A DNA stretch of 64,000 nt from Candidatus Woesebacteria bacterium. Its GTDB lineage: Bacteria; Patescibacteriota; Microgenomatia; UBA8517. The notes under the pieces were generated by a model. That model made no database searches, was not told where the DNA came from, and saw only the letters and a program-made list of their open reading frames with translations. This document shows positions 39,755 to 48,290 of this stretch, one piece after another. Location of the stretch: assembly GCA_013374855.1 (NCBI GenBank), contig CP055308.1, positions 465,833 to 529,832 of the forward strand, in the 5' to 3' direction. Positions within the stretch are counted from its first letter, which is position 1; the number at the start of each line of letters is the position of its first letter. The position numbers and the translations under genes are program-made.

Positions 39755-40444
39755 TTAAAGATATTTTTTCACTATTTGTCCGTCTTTTATGAAAATCTGC
39801 CTTTTTGTTTTCTTTGCTACCTCTCTTTCGTGGGTAACAATAACTACAGTGACTCCAAAATCTTTATTTAATTCTTTTAATAAATTTAGAATTTCCTCTC
39901 CAGTTTTAGAGTCAAGATTTCCTGTCGGCTCGTCGGCTAGGATTAGTTTGGGTTTGGTAATTAAGGCTCGTGCGATAGCTACCCGCTGTTGTTGTCCGCC
40001 TGAAATTTTGTTGGGGAAGAAGTTTCTTCTTTCGTAAATTCCAAACCTTTTCATTAAGTAGTCAGCTCTTTCTTCAGGGTCGAATTCAATTTTTGTTTTT
40101 GAATACTTAATTGGCAAGAGTATGTTTTCTTTTACAGTATACCTGTTTATTAGATTAAACGATTGAAAAACAAAACCAATGTACCTGTTTCTTAGATGAG
40201 AAAGCTCGTTGTCATCTAGTTTGGATACATCTTTACCATCAATTATAATTTTTCCTTTGGTTGGTTTTTCCAAAAGTCCCATTAAGTACATTAGAGTAGA
40301 TTTGCCCGATCCTGAAGACCCCAAAATAGAAAGAAATTCTTTTTCTTTTATTTCAAGATTTATATTGCAAACTGCTTTTACTTCCTCATTCCCAAGTTGA
40401 TAGCTTTTGCAGACATTTACTAGTTTAATCATAGAGGATTTCAC
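39755..40444 (-). CDS. ABC transporter ATP-binding protein (MacB/LolD-like)
   Basis: [33 protein letters not shown]. Confidence 0.95.
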   Translation of the reverse strand: MKSSMIKLVNVCKSYQLGNEEVKAVCNINLEIKEKEFLSILGSSGSGKSTLMYLMGLLEKPTKGKIIIDGKDVSKLDDNELSHLRNRYIGFVFQSFNLINRYTVKENILLPIKYSKTKIEFDPEERADYLMKRFGIYERRNFFPNKISGGQQQRVAIARALITKPKLILADEPTGNLDSKTGEEILNLLKELNKDFGVTVVIVTHEREVAKKTKRQIFIKDGQIVKKYL

Positions 40445-41453
40445 CTTCTTTTAAGCCTTCTTCTATTTCTGTAAATTCTTCTCCTTCAAGCCCTGTTTTT
40501 ATGTAAGTTTTGTTTTTAATTGAGCCCACATGAACATATTTACCTTTGTTGTCTGCTTTGATAAATGCCGATGGGGCATATAAAACATTTTCTTTTTTGG
40601 CAAGGGATATTCTCAAATCTCCTGTCATTCCAATTTTGACTGTGTCTTTTAATTCTTCCTTGTTTTCTAACTTAACTTTAATTTTATAAACCGCTCCTTG
40701 TTCTTCAATTGAAGGTGTGAGACTAACAAAACTTATTTTTCCAACTATTTTTTTGTCAGGAAATGAGTCAAGAACAATTTCTACATTTTCGTCCTTTTTG
40801 ATTTTTATAATCTCGTCTTGATCTGCAGTTGCTTCAAAGTAAATTGTTTCAGGGTTTATGATTTCTACTTGGAGTTCTCCTACTGGAATATTTACAAGCG
40901 GATATGGGTGTGCTACATAGGTTACAATTCCAGAAAACGGAGCAATAAGAGTTGCGTTATCCAGATTGTATTTAGCAATCCTTAATGAGTCATAAGCATT
41001 GTCTTTTGCAACTTCACTTGAAGTTCTTGTTGCCTTTTGAGCAAAAGTTTCTGTTGTATCTTTTCCTTGTAGTGAATCATAAGTTGCTTCAAGATTTGCT
41101 TCGTAAAGTCTGATGTTATTGAGCGCTTGCTGGTATGCGGCAGCAAGCGGTGTCTTGTCAAGAGAGGCTAAAGCTTGTCCTTTTCTAACAAAATCTCCCT
41201 CTTTAACACCAATCCATGCAAGTTTTCCTGATGTTGGAAAAAATAATTTTGCATCTTCCTCGGCTTTTATTTGTCCTGAAAGTACTAAATCTTGGCTTAC
41301 AGTTCCTCTCTTGACTTCAAATTTTTCAGCTGACAGTTCTTTTTTCTTTGATTGGAAGAAATTTATTCCAATAACAAGCCCAATAACCAACAAGGATAAA
41401 GCTAAAAATATTCTAATTATTTTTCTTTTGAAAATTTTACCTGCCGTTTTCAT
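40425..41453 (-). CDS. MacA-like membrane fusion (adaptor) protein
   Basis: N-terminal TM, VKEGDFVRKGQALA, LIAPFSGIV, IGMTG, IKTGL; ATG 41453. Confidence 0.9.
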   Translation of the reverse strand: MKTAGKIFKRKIIRIFLALSLLVIGLVIGINFFQSKKKELSAEKFEVKRGTVSQDLVLSGQIKAEEDAKLFFPTSGKLAWIGVKEGDFVRKGQALASLDKTPLAAAYQQALNNIRLYEANLEATYDSLQGKDTTETFAQKATRTSSEVAKDNAYDSLRIAKYNLDNATLIAPFSGIVTYVAHPYPLVNIPVGELQVEIINPETIYFEATADQDEIIKIKKDENVEIVLDSFPDKKIVGKISFVSLTPSIEEQGAVYKIKVKLENKEELKDTVKIGMTGDLRISLAKKENVLYAPSAFIKADNKGKYVHVGSIKNKTYIKTGLEGEEFTEIEEGLKEGEILYD

Positions 41454-41494
41454 AACGCCAAGTATTTTATTACTTTTGAAGATAAAAATAAAGA

Positions 41495-41545
41495 AGCGGG
41501 TGTTGAATTGATAGGCAAAGTCGGTTCTACCAACCAACACCCGCT
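41495..41545 (-). terminator. Long hairpin downstream of the orphan gene 41558-41950
   Basis: AGCGGGTGTTG (41495-41505) pairs with CAACACCCGCT (41535-41545); T-rich tail on the minus strand. Confidence 0.6.
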
Positions 41546-41557
41546 AAAATTCTTGCC

Positions 41558-41950
41558 TTAATAGGTTCTTGTAATGCCTATTAAGAACAAGACTTCTTCT
41601 TGAAATGCCAACCGCGTTGCTTTAAGTAAGGACTCGCCCCCGCCATTATCGTACCGAGCTAGCCCCAAAGATATTAGCCTTTGGCTGGGACAACCCTGTT
41701 GAGGTTTTCCCCATTTTAGGCCATTACAATCACTTCTTAGCTTTTGAAGGAGTTGGACACAATCTTGGCCTAAATATCTTCTTAGGGTATCTTTTATTTT
41801 TCTTTCTTCTTCTAGGCTGATGTGATCTCTGTCTGTACTAATGGCCTCCTCTACAATTTCTTGGATTTTTTTCCGGATTGGTCCTTCTTGCATTGATTCG
41901 ATCCATAATTGCAGAAGGGTGATACTGATTAATTTTTGTCTTATAATCAT
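41558..41950 (-). CDS. Hypothetical protein (orphan)
   Basis: AAGGAGG upstream of ATG; no recognisable family. Confidence 0.5.
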   Translation of the reverse strand: MIIRQKLISITLLQLWIESMQEGPIRKKIQEIVEEAISTDRDHISLEEERKIKDTLRRYLGQDCVQLLQKLRSDCNGLKWGKPQQGCPSQRLISLGLARYDNGGGESLLKATRLAFQEEVLFLIGITRTY

Positions 41951-42043
41951 GGAATCCTCCTTAGATAAAGATTTAAGGTGCGAGTACGAAGGATTTTATC
42001 ATTATTTTGATTTTTTTCAATAGGTTTGTTTAAATTAGGTTGT

Positions 42044-42724
42044 ATGTTTTTGCTGATAGATAAACCAAAGGGTTTAACTTCTTTTGAAGTTGTTGCTAGT
42101 TTAAGAAAAATAATAGGTGAAAAAAAGATTGGCCATTCTGGAACTTTGGACCCTCTAGCCACAGGTCTTTTGATAGTTGGTGTTGGCAAAGATTCAACTA
42201 AAAAATTAAGTTCTTTTCTGAAAGAGGATAAAGAGTATGAGGCGCTTATTGTTCTTGGAGAAGAAAGAGATACAGATGATGTGTTGGGGCAAAGGAGAAA
42301 TATTGTTTTTAAAAGCGAAATACCCTCAGAAGAAGAATTATTAGTGGCTTTGAATAGTTTCTTGGGGAAGATAAAACAAGTTCCTCCTTTGTTTTCCGCT
42401 ATTAAGATATCTGGTAAAAAAGCTTATGATTTGGCAAGAGTAGGTAAAGAAATTAGTCTTAAACCAAGGGAAGTGGTGATTTATTCAATAAAACTGCTTG
42501 ATTATAGATATCCGGAGGTATTTATTTATTGCAAAGTATCTTCTGGTGCCTATATTCGCTCTTTAGCTCGTGATTTAGGAAGAGTGCTGAAGACAGGAGC
42601 TTATGTGAAAGAATTAAGAAGATTAGCGATTGGGAAATGTAAGGTTTCAGAAGCAGTTGGTCTGGATGAAATTAGTTCTTCTAACTGGAAAAGCTTTACT
42701 AAAAAATATTCGGATTTGTGTTAA
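42044..42724 (+). CDS. truB: tRNA pseudouridine(55) synthase
   Basis: IDKPKGLTS, IGHSGTLDPLATG, QVPPLFSAIK, SSGAYIRSLARDLG. Confidence 0.97.
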   Translation: MFLLIDKPKGLTSFEVVASLRKIIGEKKIGHSGTLDPLATGLLIVGVGKDSTKKLSSFLKEDKEYEALIVLGEERDTDDVLGQRRNIVFKSEIPSEEELLVALNSFLGKIKQVPPLFSAIKISGKKAYDLARVGKEISLKPREVVIYSIKLLDYRYPEVFIYCKVSSGAYIRSLARDLGRVLKTGAYVKELRRLAIGKCKVSEAVGLDEISSSNWKSFTKKYSDLC

Positions 42725-42739
42725 TATTTGGTTTAGCTT

Positions 42740-43480
42740 ATGAATTACCTGGAAGTCTTTATTCTTGGCTTGGTTCAAGGTTTAACAGAATTTTTACCTG
42801 TTTCTTCTTCGGCACATCTTGCCATACTGCAGTCCTTTTTTCCTCAGTTTTCACAGCCTGGGGTTTTGCTCGATGCACTTCTTCATTTGGGAACTCTTTT
42901 TGCAATTATTTTTTATTTTAAGAAGGATATATTTAAACTAAAAATTTCTTATATATTTTTTTTGGTTTTGGGAACCCTACCTGCTGTAGTGGTGGGTTTT
43001 CTATTTTCTGATTTTATAGAATCTCTTTTTTCAAACATTAAACTTATTGGTTTTGCGCTTCTTTTAACTGCTTTGTTTAATTTTTATTCAGATAAATTGC
43101 CTTATGGTGAAAAAGATCTAGATAAAAAAAACTCGGTTTTTATTGGTATTTTTCAGGCTTTGGCAATAATCCCGGGTGTGTCTCGATCTGGTTCTACTAT
43201 TTTTGCTGGTATTTTATCTGGTATTTCCAAAAGTGAGGCAGCAAGGTTTTCTTTTTTGCTTTCGGTGCCTGCGGTTCTTGGAGCAAATTTGCTACAATTT
43301 TTAAAGTACGGATTAAATTCTGATTACAATTTTGGTCTTTACTTTTTCGGTTTTTTAATGAGCTTTGTTTTTGGGCTTTTGGGGATTTATCTTGCTTTTC
43401 GATTTTTGCTTTCAAGGAATTTTAAGGTTTTTTCCTTTTATTGCTTTATTCTTGGAATTTTAGCAATATTTTTTCTCTAG
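42740..43480 (+). CDS. uppP: Undecaprenyl-diphosphate phosphatase
   Basis: GLVQGLTEFLPVSSSAHL, PGVSRSGSTI, ARFSFLLSVP. Confidence 0.97.
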   Translation: MNYLEVFILGLVQGLTEFLPVSSSAHLAILQSFFPQFSQPGVLLDALLHLGTLFAIIFYFKKDIFKLKISYIFFLVLGTLPAVVVGFLFSDFIESLFSNIKLIGFALLLTALFNFYSDKLPYGEKDLDKKNSVFIGIFQALAIIPGVSRSGSTIFAGILSGISKSEAARFSFLLSVPAVLGANLLQFLKYGLNSDYNFGLYFFGFLMSFVFGLLGIYLAFRFLLSRNFKVFSFYCFILGILAIFFL

Positions 43481-43842
43481 AGTATAGATTGTAATTTTGG
43501 AAGAAATATCATAAGCCCCACGATAGCAGCAGTAATAGCTGACACTAGTACCGCGCTTGCAGCAACATCTTTGGCCAGTTTGGCAGTTGGTTTTATTTCA
43601 GGACTTACTAAATCTACAAGTGCTTCAAGCATTGTGTTTATAAGCTCAAGTGTTATGACAAGGGATATTGTTAGAATGATGATGGCAAATTCTAGGGTTT
43701 TTAGTTTCAGGATTATTCCTAAAGAAACAGCAATAATGGCAAATAACAAATGAATTCTTAAATTTGGTTCATTCTTGAAAGCAGATCTTAGCCCTTCAAA
43801 GGCAAAAGAAAAACTTTTTGAAGTTGAGTGTTTTTTGCTCAT
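43477..43842 (-). CDS. dgkA: Diacylglycerol/undecaprenol kinase
   Basis: SFSFAFEGL, EPNLRIH, ELINTMLEALVD, AKDVAASAVL. Confidence 0.93.
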   Translation of the reverse strand: MSKKHSTSKSFSFAFEGLRSAFKNEPNLRIHLLFAIIAVSLGIILKLKTLEFAIIILTISLVITLELINTMLEALVDLVSPEIKPTAKLAKDVAASAVLVSAITAAIVGLMIFLPKLQSIL

Positions 43843-43885
43843 CTTATTGAAATCACATTGTTTTTTAGTTTATCATTTGTTTATT

Positions 43886-44560
43886 ATGTATTCAAAGAGA
43901 ATCTTGCTGTTTTTTTTACCTCTTTTGTTTTTGGTTTTTACTATTATTGCTTTGAGACAGAATGAAGGAAGGCTCTATGAATTTGGATGCTGTAGGCAAA
44001 TTAATTATTCGGGGCAGATTAATCCTAATGAAAACACAGGAATATTTGATGGCAAGGAGGTTGAAGTTCCTCAGATTGTTTTGCAAGAAGACGATTTTCG
44101 AGTAGCTAGTGTTCTTGGGGTAACGAGTGGTGAGAAAAGGATTGAGGTAAGCCTTCTTGAGCAAAAACTTAGGGCCTGGGAGGGGGACAAGTTATTTCTG
44201 GAAACACCTGTTTCTACGGGTTTGAGTTGGTGGCCAACACCGAAGGGTGAGTTTAGAATTTGGATTAAACTTCGCGCAACCAAGATGGAAGGAGGTTCTG
44301 GCAGGAATTATTACAATCTCCCCAATGTTCCATATACAATGTTTTTTGAGAACGATAAGATTCCTCGGTGGAAGGGTTATGGAATTCATGGTGCTTATTG
44401 GCACAATGATTTTGGGAGACCCAGGAGCCATGGGTGTGTGAATTTGCCTGTAGATGCTGCAAGGAAGCTTTATTATTGGGCAGACCCCAAATTGCCTGAA
44501 GGTAAAAATTCAGTTCTGGCAACGAGTGATAACCCTGGCACAAGAATAATTATTTACTAG
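43886..44560 (+). CDS. L,D-transpeptidase (YkuD) family protein
   Basis: IEVSL.EQ.L, VSTG..TP.G.F, GIHGAYWHNDFG.PRSHGCVNL. Confidence 0.93.
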   Translation: MYSKRILLFFLPLLFLVFTIIALRQNEGRLYEFGCCRQINYSGQINPNENTGIFDGKEVEVPQIVLQEDDFRVASVLGVTSGEKRIEVSLLEQKLRAWEGDKLFLETPVSTGLSWWPTPKGEFRIWIKLRATKMEGGSGRNYYNLPNVPYTMFFENDKIPRWKGYGIHGAYWHNDFGRPRSHGCVNLPVDAARKLYYWADPKLPEGKNSVLATSDNPGTRIIIY

Positions 44561-44580
44561 CTTAATGATTGCCTGTTTGC

Positions 44581-45042
44581 ATGTTATATAGACTTTTTGT
44601 TACATTCTTGGCGAGCTTTTTGATATGGATTATGTTTTTGATCATTTTTTTGTTTTTTTTGAGGAAAAAAAGGGTAAGAGCTAAAGTTTATTTTTTTGTT
44701 TTCTTTTCTGTTGTCTTAAGTTGGATAGTTTCACAGATGGTTAAAGATCTTTTTTTTACTATCCGTCCTTTTAAGATAAATGGCTTCCCGCCTCTTACTA
44801 TAACTAACCCCTCTGATAATTCTTTTCCGTCAGGGCACACTGCTTCCGCCTTTGCTCTCGCCACAGCCATTTTTCTTATCAACAAAAAATTGGGAGTTTT
44901 AATGTTTGTGCTTTCTTCTTTGGTAGGTTTGGGTAGAGTACTGAGCAATGTTCACTATCCTCTAGATGTTTTAGGTGGATTGGTGCTTGGTATTTTTGTT
45001 CCTCTGTTTTTGGAGGATTTATTTTTAAAAATAAGGAAGTAA
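44581..45042 (+). CDS. PAP2 family phosphatase (BcrC-like)
   Basis: K......RP, SFPSGH, GRVLSNVHYPLDV. Confidence 0.9.
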   Translation: MLYRLFVTFLASFLIWIMFLIIFLFFLRKKRVRAKVYFFVFFSVVLSWIVSQMVKDLFFTIRPFKINGFPPLTITNPSDNSFPSGHTASAFALATAIFLINKKLGVLMFVLSSLVGLGRVLSNVHYPLDVLGGLVLGIFVPLFLEDLFLKIRK

Positions 45043-45088
45043 ATAACCCTTGACTTTTAGCAGACAATAGTTTAGACTGCTAAAACAC

Positions 45089-47500
45089 ATGGAAAAAAGC
45101 ATAAGTAAATTAAAGTTGTTTAAGGATATCCCCGTTGTTGCAATTAGGGATTCTGTTGTTTTCCCCCATACCGACAACATTCTTAGTTTCGGACGTCCGA
45201 AATCTGTTTTAGCTGTTAATGCTGCTTTCCAGTCTAATCGAATAATTGCTATCTTTACTCAAAAAGATCCGGAAGTTCTTGATCCAAAATTGGAAGATCT
45301 TTATCCTGTTGGGACAGTTGCTACTATAAATCAAATGATGTCTTCTGAAGAAGAAGTCCATGCTCTTGTTAAGGGACAGGCAAGGGTTAGAATACAAAAT
45401 TTGAACAAAGCAGATCCCTTTATGTCTGCTGACATTGTTGAGATCGAAGATTTAATTGAAAAAGGCCCAGAGGTGGAAGCTTTATCAAGAAAAATTGTTC
45501 AATTATTCAAAAGAGCAGTAAAGCTTGGAAAACAAGCCGAGATCATTACTGTTATGAAAGTGGTATCAGGTCAGTCTACTCCTCTTGAACTTGCTGATCA
45601 AGTTGCATCCTTGCTTGAGGTAACAACTGAAGAAAAACAAATGTTTCTTGAAGATACATCTTTACTTTCACGGTTAAATAGAGTTTTTGAGGCTCTTTTG
45701 AGAGAAATTAATGTTCTGGAGATAGAGAGAAACATTAGTTCCAAGACTCAAAAGAAATTTGAAGATCAGATAAGGAAGGCAATGTTACGAGAAAAGAAGA
45801 GAGCGATTGAAGAAGAATTGGGCGAGGAGGAAAGTGGTGAATTGGATTCGGATGATCTTAAAATGTACAGAAGAAGAATAAAGGAAGCAAAAATGCCAAA
45901 GAATGTTCAAGAAAAAGCTGAGAAAGAACTAAAGCGCTTAATGCAGATGCCTGCCCAGAATCCTGAAAGCGGGTATATTAGGAATTATCTTGATTGGCTT
46001 TGCGATATGCCTTGGAGTGTTGAATCTCCAAATGATATTTCTATAAAAGAGGCAGCTCGGGTTTTGAAGAAAGAGCATTATGGTTTGGAGAAAGCAAAAG
46101 AAAGAATCTTGGAATATTTGGCTGTTATGAAACTTAAAAAAGGTAAAAAAGATGATGATGCTCAGCCTACTATTCTTTGTTTTGTTGGTCCACCTGGAGT
46201 AGGCAAAACATCAATTGGTCGTTCTATTGCCAAAGCTTTGGGTAGAAAGTTTGTACGCGTCTCCTTGGGCGGTATTAGGGATGAAGCGGAAATTAGGGGG
46301 CATCGTAGGACGTATGTTGGCGCTTTGCCTGGAAGGATTATTCAAGGCATAAAGAATGCAGGCACTAAAAACCCTGTTTTTATGCTTGATGAAATAGACA
46401 AACTTGGTGTTGATTTTAGAGGAGATCCATCTTCTGCATTGCTTGAGGCACTAGATCCGGAGCAGAACAAAGAGTTTTCTGACCATTATTTGGAGGTTCC
46501 TTTTGATCTTTCGAAGGTAATGTTCATTGCGACTGGAAATGTTGCAGAAAATATAATAGAGCCTCTAAGAGACAGGATGGAGATTATCCGTTTTCCCGGT
46601 TATACTCAAGACGAAAAACAAAAGATTGGCAAGAATTTTCTTTGGCCCAAACAGATTAAGCTTCACGGTCTTGAGGGTAAGAAAATTGATATATCAGATG
46701 AAGCGTTAAATGAAATAATTGAGAAGTATACCAGAGAATCTGGGGTGAGGGAGTTGGAAAGACTTCTTGCTTCGATTTGTAGGAAGATTGCCAAGAATGT
46801 GGCTGAGAGAAGAAAGTACCCGAAGGTTGTTGGAGTTTCTGAAGTAAGAAAACTCTTGGGCCCTCGAAAGTATTCGTCCCTGTTAGCTGAGAAGAAAGAC
46901 GAGGTGGGGGTAGTGACAGGTCTTGCAGTTACAGCGGCAGGTGGCGAAATACTTTTTGTAGAGGTAGTGTTAATGCCTGGTAAAGGTAAGCTATATCTAA
47001 CAGGTCAGTTGGGTGAGGTTATGAAAGAATCAGCGAAAGCTGCGTTTAGTTGGGCGCGTTCTCATTGGAAAGATTTTGGCTTGGAGAAAGATTTTGGTAG
47101 CAAGACTGATGTGCATATTCATGTCCCCGAAGGGGCTGTTCCCAAAGATGGCCCATCTGCTGGTGTTGCTTTAACTACAGCTTTAATTTCAGCTTTGACA
47201 GGCATCCCGGTTCGCAAAGATGTTGGAATGACGGGAGAAATTACTCTGCGTGGCAAAGTTATGGAAATAGGTGGGGTAAAAGAAAAAACAATAGCGGGTT
47301 ACAGAGCAGGATTAAAAATTATTATCTTGCCTTATGATAACAAAAAGGACTTGGAGGAAATCCCCTCTGAGGTAAAAAAGGGAGTTAAGTTTGTTTTTGT
47401 TAAAAGTATAGAGGAGGTTTTAAATATTGCTCTTAAAGAAAATCCATTTAAAGTTCCTAAGGTTAAGCCCCAAATACAATCTTTTCCCGCTTTAGCTTGA
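45089..47500 (+). CDS. lon: ATP-dependent protease La
   Basis: GPPGVGKTS, RGHRRTYVGALPG, PKDGPSAG (catalytic Ser), IGGVKEK. Confidence 0.99.
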   Translation: MEKSISKLKLFKDIPVVAIRDSVVFPHTDNILSFGRPKSVLAVNAAFQSNRIIAIFTQKDPEVLDPKLEDLYPVGTVATINQMMSSEEEVHALVKGQARVRIQNLNKADPFMSADIVEIEDLIEKGPEVEALSRKIVQLFKRAVKLGKQAEIITVMKVVSGQSTPLELADQVASLLEVTTEEKQMFLEDTSLLSRLNRVFEALLREINVLEIERNISSKTQKKFEDQIRKAMLREKKRAIEEELGEEESGELDSDDLKMYRRRIKEAKMPKNVQEKAEKELKRLMQMPAQNPESGYIRNYLDWLCDMPWSVESPNDISIKEAARVLKKEHYGLEKAKERILEYLAVMKLKKGKKDDDAQPTILCFVGPPGVGKTSIGRSIAKALGRKFVRVSLGGIRDEAEIRGHRRTYVGALPGRIIQGIKNAGTKNPVFMLDEIDKLGVDFRGDPSSALLEALDPEQNKEFSDHYLEVPFDLSKVMFIATGNVAENIIEPLRDRMEIIRFPGYTQDEKQKIGKNFLWPKQIKLHGLEGKKIDISDEALNEIIEKYTRESGVRELERLLASICRKIAKNVAERRKYPKVVGVSEVRKLLGPRKYSSLLAEKKDEVGVVTGLAVTAAGGEILFVEVVLMPGKGKLYLTGQLGEVMKESAKAAFSWARSHWKDFGLEKDFGSKTDVHIHVPEGAVPKDGPSAGVALTTALISALTGIPVRKDVGMTGEITLRGKVMEIGGVKEKTIAGYRAGLKIIILPYDNKKDLEEIPSEVKKGVKFVFVKSIEEVLNIALKENPFKVPKVKPQIQSFPALA

Positions 47501-47520
47501 TTTTCCAATGAATTGAATCT

Positions 47521-47597
47521 TGGTGCCGCCAGGGAGACTCGAACTCCCGATTTTCTGGTTGAGAACCAGACGTCCTAGACCACTAGACGATGGCGGC
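47521..47597 (-). tRNA. tRNA-Glu(CTC)
   Basis: Reverse complement GCCGCCATCGTCTAGTGGTCTAGGACGTCTGGTTCTCAACCAGAAAATCGGGAGTTCGAGTCTCCCTGGCGGCACCA. Confidence 0.96.
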
Positions 47598-47682
47598 TTA
47601 AGGCCTATTTTAGCATAATTTTGCTTTTTGTGATACAATTGCATCCTCAGGATTGAATTCTCTTTTAATGTTTTCTGGTTTA

Positions 47683-47759
47683 TTGACAAAGCTTACTACC
47701 GAAAATAAAATTGTTTTTATTGACTTAAGTTAAGCCGTGTCAGACGGCGTTATTTTTTT
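47683..47759 (+). promoter_or_regulatory. greA promoter with leader hairpin and U-tract
   Basis: TTGACA-17 bp-TAAAAT, then GCCGT-GTCAG-ACGGC-GTTATTTTTTT just before the ATG. Confidence 0.6.
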
Positions 47760-47765
47760 AGAGGT

Positions 47766-48224
47766 ATGAATACGCAAGTTACCAAAGAAGGTTTGGAGGC
47801 TCTTAAAAAAGAGCTTGAGTTTTTGTTGGTTGAAAAAAGACCTAGTCTTGTTGAAAGATTGGCAGCTGCGCGTTCTCAGGGAGATTTGTCTGAAAATAGT
47901 GATTATCAAAATGCTAGAGAGGAGCTTGAGTTTTTAGATGGTAGAATTTCTGAACTTCAAGAAATTATTAAAAATGCTAAAGTTATTGATAATAATGCAA
48001 CTGCAAATTTAGCTGTTTGCCCGGGAAATTCAGTCAAGGTAAGGGTTGGAAGTCAAGAGGTTGTTTTTTGTTTAGTTGGCGATTGGGAGGCGAACCCCGC
48101 AGAGAAGAAGATTTCTGTTACTTCTCCTTTGGGTAAAGCTCTTCTGGGGAAAAAGAAAGGTGATAAGGTCGAAGTTGATGCTCCGGCAGGAAGGGTTATT
48201 TATGAAATTGTTGACATACTTTAG
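47766..48224 (+). CDS. greA: Transcription elongation factor GreA
   Basis: ARSQGDLSENSDY, ISVTSPLGKALLG, VDAPAG. Confidence 0.97.
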   Translation: MNTQVTKEGLEALKKELEFLLVEKRPSLVERLAAARSQGDLSENSDYQNAREELEFLDGRISELQEIIKNAKVIDNNATANLAVCPGNSVKVRVGSQEVVFCLVGDWEANPAEKKISVTSPLGKALLGKKKGDKVEVDAPAGRVIYEIVDIL

Positions 48225-48290
48225 AGTTTTACTTGGTCCTAGCTTTGAAGGTTTCGTTTGAGTTTTTGAGCTTTTTCTTTTATACTTTCC

